A DNA stretch of 24,000 bases from an uncultured Verrucomicrobiae bacterium (GTDB lineage Bacteria > Verrucomicrobiota > Verrucomicrobiia > Chthoniobacterales > UBA10450). This document shows, one piece after another, positions 15,943 to 23,375 of this stretch. The position numbers were made by a program, and so were the translations under genes. Positions within the stretch are counted from its first letter, which is position 1; each line of letters begins with the position of its first letter. A model generated the notes under the pieces. It made no database searches, was not told the DNA's origin, and saw only the letters and a list, made by a program, of their open reading frames with translations. The stretch lies in the NCBI GenBank assembly GCA_963746035.1, contig CAVUZN010000001.1:223509-247508 (forward strand). The letters run 5' to 3'.

Positions 15943-17022
15943 TCATCGTGCAATGCGCACATTGATCGGCAGGAGGTGATGAACCATATAGGTGCCAAGG
16001 GTCTGATCACGTTGTGTCGGTTGGGTCTCGCCTTTGTCGTCGATGGCGCGCGCCATCAATGTGGCCGTGCCTTCTGCTTTAGGCGTAATCCAATCCATCT
16101 CCCATCGGCGCCATGCATGCGGCCGATGTTCATCCAGGAATTCGGCTGCTTGCCATGTTTTTCCGGCATCGACACTCACCTCAACCTTTTGCACGTTTCC
16201 TCCCCAGGCCGCACCACGGATGCTGACTTTGCCGCCGGGCGGCACGGTTGAGTCGTTAGCTGGTTGCGAAATTTCCGCTTTCAAGGTCATCCGGCTGAGC
16301 GGCGTCAACTCGTCGAGGTCATCCCGTCGCTTCCAGTAGGCGTAATCAAGCGTTTGATAATATCCTTGGAAGGGTTTTGCGGTGACGACGATGCGCTCCA
16401 TCCATTTGATGGAAGCCATCGCATACCAGCCTGGCACAATCGCGCGCACCGGAAATCCGTGCTCCGGCAAGAGCTCCTCGCCATTCATTCGATAGGCCAA
16501 GAGGACGTCATCTGTCGCTTTTGCGAAAGGCAGGCTGCGCGCGAAACGGATTTCTCCCGCCGGTGCCTTCGGATCTTCGAGCTTGCCGTGATCAGAACCT
16601 TCCAGGATCACTTCCAGTGCGCTTTGTTTTGGCTCGGCCTTCTTCAAAATTTCGGTCAGCGGCACGCCGGTCCATTCCGCCGTCCCCACCGCGCCGAGTT
16701 CCCATTGCACACCTTTGACTTTCGGCTCGAGGAAGATCCGATTGTTGCCGGCGCATTCGAGCGTCGCCGGGATCGTTTTAGCCGACATCTCGATAAGATC
16801 ATCGTAACCGATCTCGAACGGATGGTTGACCTCGCCCTCAATTTTCAGCCGCCATTTCGTGCGATCGATTGACGGGATCGGGAAGTGCGTGCGGACGTAG
16901 AACGATTCGGTCGGTGTGATGAAGTCGTCGAGATTGGCAAAGGGCGCTTCAAGATTGATCGGTTCTTCGCTGCGAAGGATGCGGCCGTTCAGCCTTTTCA
17001 TTACGTCAGAAGCGGCGGCCAT
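15943..17022 (-). CDS. Sulfite-oxidase-family molybdopterin oxidoreductase (SUOX fold; no haem domain, no signal peptide)
   Basis: Mo-ligand cysteine context TLECAGNNR, a Moco-binding domain followed by an Ig-like dimerisation domain (VEVSVDAGKTWQAA). The N-terminus MAAASDVMKRLNG is not signal- or TAT-like. Confidence 0.8.
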   Translation of the reverse strand: MAAASDVMKRLNGRILRSEEPINLEAPFANLDDFITPTESFYVRTHFPIPSIDRTKWRLKIEGEVNHPFEIGYDDLIEMSAKTIPATLECAGNNRIFLEPKVKGVQWELGAVGTAEWTGVPLTEILKKAEPKQSALEVILEGSDHGKLEDPKAPAGEIRFARSLPFAKATDDVLLAYRMNGEELLPEHGFPVRAIVPGWYAMASIKWMERIVVTAKPFQGYYQTLDYAYWKRRDDLDELTPLSRMTLKAEISQPANDSTVPPGGKVSIRGAAWGGNVQKVEVSVDAGKTWQAAEFLDEHRPHAWRRWEMDWITPKAEGTATLMARAIDDKGETQPTQRDQTLGTYMVHHLLPINVRIAR

Positions 17023-17028
17023 AAGAAG

Positions 17029-18099
17029 TCAGTTTACCGCGCGCTCGTACTGAACCGGCCAGGCCATCTTCTGCCCCAATTCCTTCGCCGCATGCAAGGG
17101 CCAGTAGGGATCGCGCAAAAATTCTCGGGCCATCAATATCATGTCCGCCTTTCCCTGCTCAATGATTTGATTCGCTTGCGTTGGCTCCGTGATCATCCCG
17201 ACTGCGGCGGTCGAGATTTGCGCTTCGCGTCGAATTCTCTCGGAGAACGGGACCTGGTAGCCGGGACCGGTTGGAATTTTCACATGCGGCACCAGCGCGC
17301 CCGATGAGCAATCGAGCAAATCAACGCCGAGCGGTTTCACCATCTTGGCGAGCTCTACAGAGTCATCGGGCGTCCAGCCACCTTCCGCCCAATCGGTCGC
17401 GGAGATGCGAAGGAAAAGCGGCAGGTTCGCGGGCCAGGCGTTCCTGACCGCCTGCACGACTTCTCGCACCACGCGCGTTCTGTTTTCGAAGCTTCCGCCG
17501 TAATCATCCGTGCGCCGATTGCTCAGCGGCGAAAGAAATTCATGGAGCAAGTATCCGTGCGCGGAGTGTATCTCGACGAAACGAAAGCCGGCTTGAAGCG
17601 AGCGTTTCGTCGCGGCCGCGAAAGCTTCGACAATTTCGGTAATATGTGTGGTGGTTAGGGCATCCGGCGTTGGAGACTTTGCATCGAACGGAATAGCACT
17701 GGGAGCCCAGATCGGCCGCCACCCTCCTTCCTCCGGGGTGAGCGGATCCCGTTTTTGCCACGGCGGCGGCGTGCTCGCCTTGCGTCCGGCATGGGCAAGT
17801 TGGATCCCGGGAACGGCGCCCTGTCTTTCGATGAAACGAGCGCAACGCGCCAGCGGCTCCATGTGCGCATCTTTCCAAATCCCCATGTCCTGCGGCGAAA
17901 TGCGTCCATCAGCAGTGACCGCAGAAGCTTCCACCATGACGAGCCCTGCGCCGCCGACGGCGCGACTGCCGAGGTGAACGAGGTGCCAGTCAGTGGCGAA
18001 ACCATCTTCGCAGGAATACTGGCACATCGGGCTGACGCCGATGCGGTTGCGGAAAGTGACGTCGCGAATGGTGAAGGGAGAGAAGAGCGACGACGGCAT
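17029..18099 (-). CDS. namA: Old Yellow Enzyme family NAD(P)H:flavin oxidoreductase (YqjM/NamA type)
   Basis: SPMCQY, HLGSRAVGGAGLVMVEASAV, EIHSAHGYLLHEFLSPLSN and LRISATDW motifs. Its stop lies 6 nt before the SUOX start. Confidence 0.88.
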   Translation of the reverse strand: MPSSLFSPFTIRDVTFRNRIGVSPMCQYSCEDGFATDWHLVHLGSRAVGGAGLVMVEASAVTADGRISPQDMGIWKDAHMEPLARCARFIERQGAVPGIQLAHAGRKASTPPPWQKRDPLTPEEGGWRPIWAPSAIPFDAKSPTPDALTTTHITEIVEAFAAATKRSLQAGFRFVEIHSAHGYLLHEFLSPLSNRRTDDYGGSFENRTRVVREVVQAVRNAWPANLPLFLRISATDWAEGGWTPDDSVELAKMVKPLGVDLLDCSSGALVPHVKIPTGPGYQVPFSERIRREAQISTAAVGMITEPTQANQIIEQGKADMILMAREFLRDPYWPLHAAKELGQKMAWPVQYERAVN

Positions 18100-18191
18100 G
18101 AAGCTTTGACCTTACCGTGCAATGTCTTGCGCGCTAGCCACCCGTTCGTCGGACCGCGCAGCGTGGGATTTTAAGCGGAACCAGTAGCTGC

Positions 18192-18593
18192 TCAGTGCTT
18201 CTTCGCCGGATGAATGGAGAGCCCGCGGCCGTTATCCGATTCCATGATTTCCGCGCTGAGTTTGCCGTCCGCGCGGCGCCAATGCTTCTTGTCTGTCGCT
18301 TCGGGAGTCCAATGCCGTCCGCTCGCGCTGAGGAAGCGTTGAACTTCTTTGTCGGAAAGATCCCGGCCATCCGTGCGCAGGTATTCTTCCGAAACGCTCT
18401 GCAGGTTCCGGAAGAGGACGTGATAAAGATAGGGATTTTTTTTGTAAGTCATGATCACGCTGCCGTCGTCGTTCAGGTGACGTTTGACGACGTCGCCGTA
18501 GCTTGAATCGATCCGATCGTAATCGTCGCCGATGGCCGCGCGGACGGTTTGGAGTAACACCAGGGAGAGGGAGAGAGCGGCTGTATGGCGCAT
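18192..18593 (-). CDS. Small secreted hypothetical protein
   Basis: ATG at 18591-18593 gives the signal peptide MRHTAALSLSLVLLQTVRA|AIG. High-GC3 codon usage. No recognisable domain. Confidence 0.55.
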   Translation of the reverse strand: MRHTAALSLSLVLLQTVRAAIGDDYDRIDSSYGDVVKRHLNDDGSVIMTYKKNPYLYHVLFRNLQSVSEEYLRTDGRDLSDKEVQRFLSASGRHWTPEATDKKHWRRADGKLSAEIMESDNGRGLSIHPAKKH

Positions 18594-18688
18594 CGCCTGT
18601 ACGCTATCGTGGCATGGGCATTCTGCCAACGTTCAGCATTGATTCGGTCGGCTGGACTCCGATGCGACGGGAAGATTTGCGACGGCCT

Positions 18689-18707
18689 GAGACCGCCGCT
18701 ACAGAAG
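18689..18707. repeat. Solo half-copy of the GAGACCGCCGCTACAGAAG repeat arm
   Basis: GAGACCGCCGCTACAGAAG is identical over GAGACCGCCGCTACAGAA to 19720-19737. No complementary arm lies nearby. It runs into AAGGAG, 8 nt upstream of the ATG at 18718. Confidence 0.75.
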
Positions 18708-18717
18708 GAGACGACCG

Positions 18718-19503
18718 ATGAAACAGAATGCATCTGAGCTCGCGGCCAAGGTTCCAGCGGTCACCCTGCTCTTCTGGGTCGTCAAGATCCTCGCCACCAC
18801 GCTGGGCGAAACAGGCGGCGATGCCGTAACAATGTCGTGGCTCGGGGAGACGACGGCTGAAGCGAAAGGAACGGGCTACCTGATTGGAACCGCTATCTTC
18901 GGCGTCATCTTTATCGTGGCCGTGCTGATTCAGATCAGAGCGAAAAAGTTTCACCCTCTTCTGTATTGGCTAACGATAGTCGCGACCACCACCGTGGGAA
19001 CGACCCTAGCCGATTACTGCGATCGATCTCTCGGGATCGGTTACACCGGCGGCTCCGCCATTTTGTTGGCCTGCGTGATCGCTTCGCTGCTCGCATGGTA
19101 TTGGTCCACTGGAACGATCTCGATCGAAACGGTCAACCGGCCGAAGGTGGAGATGTTTTACTGGGTCACGATCATGTTTTCGCAAACGCTCGGCACCGCG
19201 CTGGGCGACTGGGTGGCCGACACTAACGACGTGGGATATCTCGGCGCGGCCGCGGTGTTTGGTGCGCTGCTTCTGGTTACGGCCGTTCTCTACTACTTCA
19301 CCAGCTTGTCACGTGCGGTTTTGTTTTGGGCGGCTTTCATTTTGACGCGACCGTTAGGCGCGGTGGTGGGCGACTTCCTGGACAAACCGCACGCGCAAGG
19401 CGGATTGGCCTTGAGTCGTTACGCAGCCTCGTTCGCCTTACTGGGCGTGATGATTTTGCTAATTCTGATCTCCCCGCAACGACCCGCGACGAGATCGCAT
19501 TGA
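18718..19503 (+). CDS. Integral membrane protein with four tandem 2-TM repeats (COG4705-like uncharacterised membrane protein)
   Basis: Eight predicted hydrophobic segments. The motif recurs four times: ATTLGETGGD, GTTLADYCDRSLG, SQTLGTALGDWVAD, TRPLGAVVGDFLDKP. AAGGAG Shine-Dalgarno lies upstream. Confidence 0.7.
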   Translation: MKQNASELAAKVPAVTLLFWVVKILATTLGETGGDAVTMSWLGETTAEAKGTGYLIGTAIFGVIFIVAVLIQIRAKKFHPLLYWLTIVATTTVGTTLADYCDRSLGIGYTGGSAILLACVIASLLAWYWSTGTISIETVNRPKVEMFYWVTIMFSQTLGTALGDWVADTNDVGYLGAAAVFGALLLVTAVLYYFTSLSRAVLFWAAFILTRPLGAVVGDFLDKPHAQGGLALSRYAASFALLGVMILLILISPQRPATRSH

Positions 19504-19519
19504 GGCGCGCGCGAAACTT

Positions 19520-20010
19520 CCGGGGAGGGCGGGCGCCTCGCGCGCCCGATTGCGGCGCCCTCGCCGCAATCAGTTGGAGGGATCTAATAGAACGAAGGCG
19601 AGGCGCCATCGTAGGCGCGCGAGGCGCGGGCCCTCCCCGGAGGTTCAAAGACGTCTTCTTGTAGCGGCGGTCTCTGAGCGTCGCATTCTTCTTCGATGCG
19701 TTGGAGTTTCGGGCGGTCGGAGACCGCCGCTACAGAAAGACCCGCGCGCTCCGCCTACTTCGCCGTCATGTTGCCGGCGGTTAGATTTCCGCTTGCGTAG
19801 GGGGCCGACTGCGCCGCCGCCGCGCGATCAATTAGAGAGATCTAATAGAACGAAGGCGAGGCGCCATCGCAGGCGTGGGAGGCGCACGCCCTCCCCGGAG
19901 GTCCGACGACGTCTTCCTGTAGCGGCGGTCTCCGACCGTCGCATTCTTCTTCGATGCGTTCGAGCGGCGGTCGAAGACCCGCTACAGAAGAAGCGCGAGA
20001 AGCAGTCCTA
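19520..20010. repeat. Two tandem copies (~258-bp period) of a GC-rich structured repeat in a convergent intergenic spacer
   Basis: Identical 30-mer ATCTAATAGAACGAAGGCGAGGCGCCATCG at 19582-19611 and 19840-19869. Further shared blocks are GACGTCTTCyTGTAGCGGCGGTCTC and CGTCGCATTCTTCTTCGATGCGTT. Copy B is degraded in both stem partners. Confidence 0.85.
19660..19734. repeat. Long hairpin within repeat copy A (15-bp perfect stem)
   Basis: TGTAGCGGCGGTCTC (19660-19674) and GAGACCGCCGCTACA (19720-19734) are exact reverse complements. An inner CGCAT/ATGCG mini-hairpin lies at 19682-19700. Confidence 0.85.
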
Positions 20011-20024
20011 CTTCACCGTGAGCT

Positions 20025-20777
20025 TCAGTAAAGAAATTGAACCCCGAGATAGCCGATCAGGGCCAGAGATTCGTCAGGGGCATGAATTTCGTGCCCAATC
20101 GAAGCGATCAGAACGTGGTGTTCGTCCAGCTCGCGTCGAAGCCCAAAGTTTAACGTCACCGTGTTGCGGGTGAAGTTCATCCGTGAAGTGGTGTGCACCT
20201 CCGCCATGACTACGGTTTTATTGTTCACGTCGTAACCGGCAACCGCACCGTACAGCCACTCGCCCCGTCCGACCGTGGTGACGAGTGGACCGACCTCAAC
20301 GTCGGCGTGCCATTTCCCGAACGTCCTGGCCGCTTGAAAGGGAATCTGCAGGCGCGTCCCTTCCTCGGAGAGCCCGCGACGGGCCGATGACTGCTGGATG
20401 TTGAAAACGATTCGCGGGAACATCGACATGTCGAAGCCGGACTTCTGCTCGTCGAGGAAGCGCCATTTCACCGCCGCTTCGACTCCGCCTAAACCAGCGA
20501 CGGGGCCTTGCTGCTCCTTTTGTAGAACGGTAGGCGCGGTTTGCAGGGTCAGTTGAATGTGATCACCCACGCCATAGTTCAGATCAATCATCGGCAGATC
20601 ATAGGAGCTCTCGCCGCTTCGATGCTCGAAGGTGAAGGCAAAGTTGTTCTCCCATTTCCCGCTACCCGGTGTGCCGGGATCGTCCGTAATCATCGGCGGG
20701 CCGCCCTGCCCGCGCGCGGTCACCGCCAGGGCGATCCCCAGCCAGACCAGGATGAGGATGGCCCGCGCGAAATGCAT
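20025..20777 (-). CDS. Outer-membrane beta-barrel protein (MetA-pathway/'transporter'-type OM channel-like)
   Basis: Signal peptide from ATG 20775-20777 (MHFARAILILVWLGIALAVTARG). ITDDPGTPGSGKWENN N-terminal motif, alternating amphipathic strands, and a C-terminal beta-barrel signature ending ..YLGVQFLY*. The track start at 20843 overlaps the upstream gene and was trimmed. Confidence 0.7.
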   Translation of the reverse strand: MHFARAILILVWLGIALAVTARGQGGPPMITDDPGTPGSGKWENNFAFTFEHRSGESSYDLPMIDLNYGVGDHIQLTLQTAPTVLQKEQQGPVAGLGGVEAAVKWRFLDEQKSGFDMSMFPRIVFNIQQSSARRGLSEEGTRLQIPFQAARTFGKWHADVEVGPLVTTVGRGEWLYGAVAGYDVNNKTVVMAEVHTTSRMNFTRNTVTLNFGLRRELDEHHVLIASIGHEIHAPDESLALIGYLGVQFLY

Positions 20778-20781
20778 CGCT

Positions 20782-21819
20782 CTAAGGGCTGGTCTTTGAA
20801 TCGTTAGGCGCAAAGACCAGAAGCCTTTGCGTGTTCGGGACAATCGATGGCCGCGCCGGCGGCTGGCCCAGGGAAGGACTTGGCGGCGGCTGAAAATCCG
20901 CGGTCGGAAGATAGATTCGGTGCGTGCCGGGATCGAGCGCGATGGTGCGCGCCCCGCGTTGGGTCTTCAAAGCCTGCACTAACGCGAGCGTCCCCTTCTC
21001 ATCCACTCGCGCGATGGTGGCTTCGCCTTCCCCACAGGGAACAAAGATCAGCTGTGTTTCAGGGTCGAAGGCGCATCCATCGGCGCCGTTCGCGGTCGCG
21101 AGCGATCCGGTCACCTGGCCCGAGGCGGTGTCGATCATGACCAGCAGCTTCCGGCAGACGCAGAAGAGACGGTGGTGCGCCCCATCCAAGGCAATGCCGG
21201 TCGGTTCTGTTCCGGGCGCGACCGGCCATGTTGCCGTCACTTTGTGCGACGCAGTATCGATCACGGCCACTTCGCTCTTGTCCTCGATGTTGCAGTAGAT
21301 TTTCCCCGCCTGTTCGTCCCAGACCGGGAATTCCGGGCTTCCGGAGAGCGGAATGGTCGCGATCACTTTCAGTGACTTGGCGCCGATGATCGTCACGGAA
21401 TTACCGCGATGGTTAAAGACGTAGACCTCACCATTCTTCTTATCATAGGCGATCGCGTCCGGACTCTCGCCGGTGTCGATCTTCGATCTCGTCTCCAGCG
21501 ATTTGAGGTCGACCACGCTGGCTTTGTTTTCCTTGCCGTTGGATGAAAAGCCGCGGCCAATCTCCGGAACAGGCAGGAAGGCATGCACCCCGGGGGTGTC
21601 CGCGATATGCGCGATCGCTTTGTTTTCGGTCAGATCAACCACCACAACCTGGGCTGAATGCGCGAGATAAAGACGATGCGCGCCACTATCGACCGTAAGG
21701 ATGTCCCAGCCCCCCTCGCCGCCGATCGCAATCGGTGGCTCGGCCGAGTATCGATTTTGCGCGGCAAGCTGAGCGAGCGAGGCAAGAAGAGTAAAAGCAG
21801 ACAGCAGAAAACGGTTCAT
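20782..21819 (-). CDS. YVTN/YncE-type beta-propeller repeat protein, secreted
   Basis: Signal peptide MNRFLLSAFTLLASLAQLAAQ. Repeated ~40-aa units of the form P.gia.d....lyv.n.....v.viD (e.g. HRLYLAHSAQVVVVDL, EVYVFNHRGNSVTIIG, KIYCNIEDKSEVAVID, RLFCVCRKLLVMID). Confidence 0.8.
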   Translation of the reverse strand: MNRFLLSAFTLLASLAQLAAQNRYSAEPPIAIGGEGGWDILTVDSGAHRLYLAHSAQVVVVDLTENKAIAHIADTPGVHAFLPVPEIGRGFSSNGKENKASVVDLKSLETRSKIDTGESPDAIAYDKKNGEVYVFNHRGNSVTIIGAKSLKVIATIPLSGSPEFPVWDEQAGKIYCNIEDKSEVAVIDTASHKVTATWPVAPGTEPTGIALDGAHHRLFCVCRKLLVMIDTASGQVTGSLATANGADGCAFDPETQLIFVPCGEGEATIARVDEKGTLALVQALKTQRGARTIALDPGTHRIYLPTADFQPPPSPSLGQPPARPSIVPNTQRLLVFAPNDSKTSP

Positions 21820-21824
21820 TGGAT

Positions 21825-22337
21825 TCAGTTTGGTTGATGTAGTCTAACGAGTTGCGGTTGCGGTCCGAGCAGGACTTCGAACAAGTTATCGTAATCCTGT
21901 TCCCCGATCTTGACGACATCGGCAATCCGCAAGGCGCGAATCAGATCCGGAATAGTGTTGCCGTGAGCGATCACCAGCGCGTTTCCTTGGAGCGTCCGCA
22001 GTCGCGAGAGCAGCGACTCCCGGTCACTCGCGGGAATAACGACTGGCTTGAGACCAAGGGCCCTGGCCAGCGGAGCGGCCGTCTCCTGCGTTCGCTTGAA
22101 CTCTGTGACAAAGATCGCCTTGATGTCCGCATCCTTGAGTTGTTGAGCGAGCTTCTCCGCCCGCGCTCTGCCGGCTTCGGACAAGTCGGGATCATTGTGT
22201 CCGCTCTTATCGGCCGCCTTTTCTGCGTGCCGGACGAGGAAAACAGTCGGCTCGGGGTGAGCGGAGGCGGGCAGCAGGGCCGCCAGCAGAGCAATCAGAA
22301 GCGCAAATCGCATGGAATGTTTCAACCATGCCTGCAT
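21825..22337 (-). CDS. Histidine phosphatase family protein (SixA/PGAM-like), secreted
   Basis: Catalytic RHxE motif in VFLVRHAEKA, a downstream TEFKRTQETA, and the second catalytic His in LVIAHGNTIP. Hydrophobic signal MRFALLIALLAALLPASA. Start could be 22337 or the ATG at 22313. Confidence 0.78.
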   Translation of the reverse strand: MQAWLKHSMRFALLIALLAALLPASAHPEPTVFLVRHAEKAADKSGHNDPDLSEAGRARAEKLAQQLKDADIKAIFVTEFKRTQETAAPLARALGLKPVVIPASDRESLLSRLRTLQGNALVIAHGNTIPDLIRALRIADVVKIGEQDYDNLFEVLLGPQPQLVRLHQPN

Positions 22338-22418
22338 GGCCGCGGTAGTCCATCGCCGCCTTCCCTCTACTTTAGATGGAGTGAGCGGGTGATATCCCGC
22401 GTATCGCCGGCGCCGCCG

Positions 22419-23258
22419 TTAAAAGAGTCGGGCCACTGCCGGAAAAGGACGGCGTGCCTGCAAGCGCTCCTGCTGGATCGCTGCCTTCGCCCTCCGCCGG
22501 CGGAAGAACTCGCAGAGGACAGCGGCAGCGCACGATCCCACCGTAACGAGTCCGGACCGACCTTCGGGCACAATCGTGTAAACGATTGGGCTCAATCCCA
22601 CGGCTTGCGCGCCGTGGCCGCTGTCGGAGTTTGACCATTCGAAAGAAAATTGGGTGATCGGCTGGTTGAATGCGATGTCGACCGTTCCCTGGTTTGTCGT
22701 GTTGGAGGCGCCAGCTGTGCCGCTGATGACGGCACTCAGGCCGCTTCCGGAAATGGTGTTGTAACCCGCAACCTCGCTGGCGAATGAGTCGGCACCGACG
22801 GTGGCGCCCCCGACGGCGAGAGCCTGGATATTTTGGAATTTATCGACGAACTGGCCGGCAGAAGCGTCGCAGTCCCACAGGGAAAAGGAAAGATTCGTAA
22901 CCGGAGTGGCAAAGCTCACGGTGACCCGATAAAAACTGGTCACCGCAGCGCTCTTGCTGGCGTAAAGTTGGAGCCCGTTCACGCCGCTTAGCCCACTGGT
23001 CGTCTCGGTGCTGTCGATCGCAGGGTATCCGCCCTGCGCCGTCATTCCGCTGTTGTAGATCGAAACGGTGATGTCGTTAGCGGTAACGCTGGTGAACTGC
23101 TGGGTCTTGGTCTGACCGTTGGTGGGGCTACCCGCCGACCATGTGCCGGACCAATTGAAAGTGACGGATGCATGTGCTGCCGGCGCGGCTAACGATATGC
23201 AGAGAACCGCCAGCAAACAGGCAAAGCGGCGGCTAACAGATTGGGCCAGGGCAGGCAT
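22419..23258 (-). CDS. Secreted Ser/Thr/Gly-rich protein with a PEP-CTERM-like C-terminal anchor
   Basis: Signal peptide MPALAQSVSRRFACLLAVLCISLAAPAAHA. Near the C-terminus, VPEG followed by a hydrophobic stretch and RRRR (IVPEGRSGLVTVGSCAAAVLCEFFRRRRAK) resembles a PEP-CTERM sorting signal, but about 23 extra residues follow. Confidence 0.6.
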   Translation of the reverse strand: MPALAQSVSRRFACLLAVLCISLAAPAAHASVTFNWSGTWSAGSPTNGQTKTQQFTSVTANDITVSIYNSGMTAQGGYPAIDSTETTSGLSGVNGLQLYASKSAAVTSFYRVTVSFATPVTNLSFSLWDCDASAGQFVDKFQNIQALAVGGATVGADSFASEVAGYNTISGSGLSAVISGTAGASNTTNQGTVDIAFNQPITQFSFEWSNSDSGHGAQAVGLSPIVYTIVPEGRSGLVTVGSCAAAVLCEFFRRRRAKAAIQQERLQARRPFPAVARLF

Positions 23259-23375
23259 TCATTACGTTTTAGCAATTCATGGGCCCCACCTCGTCATAGC
23301 GAGTCGTTTAGTGACCATTACCTCTCCAGGCCCGGAAGAATTTGCGTGCTTCGGCTTCTTCGCGGTCATTTGCCG

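Noticed and set aside
19504-20024. Possible CRISPR array
   Set aside because: There are only two long (~258 bp) diverged units, with no short direct repeats alternating with unique spacers, and no cas genes in the window.
19550-20173. 207-aa + strand ORF with an internally repeated Arg-rich sequence (..SNRTKARRHRRR..SPEV.RRL.VAAVS.RRILLRCV..)
   Set aside because: The protein-level repeat simply mirrors the ~258-bp tandem DNA repeat and its hairpins. The ORF runs antisense into the 3' end of the OM barrel gene and has no start context, so I treat it as a translation artefact.
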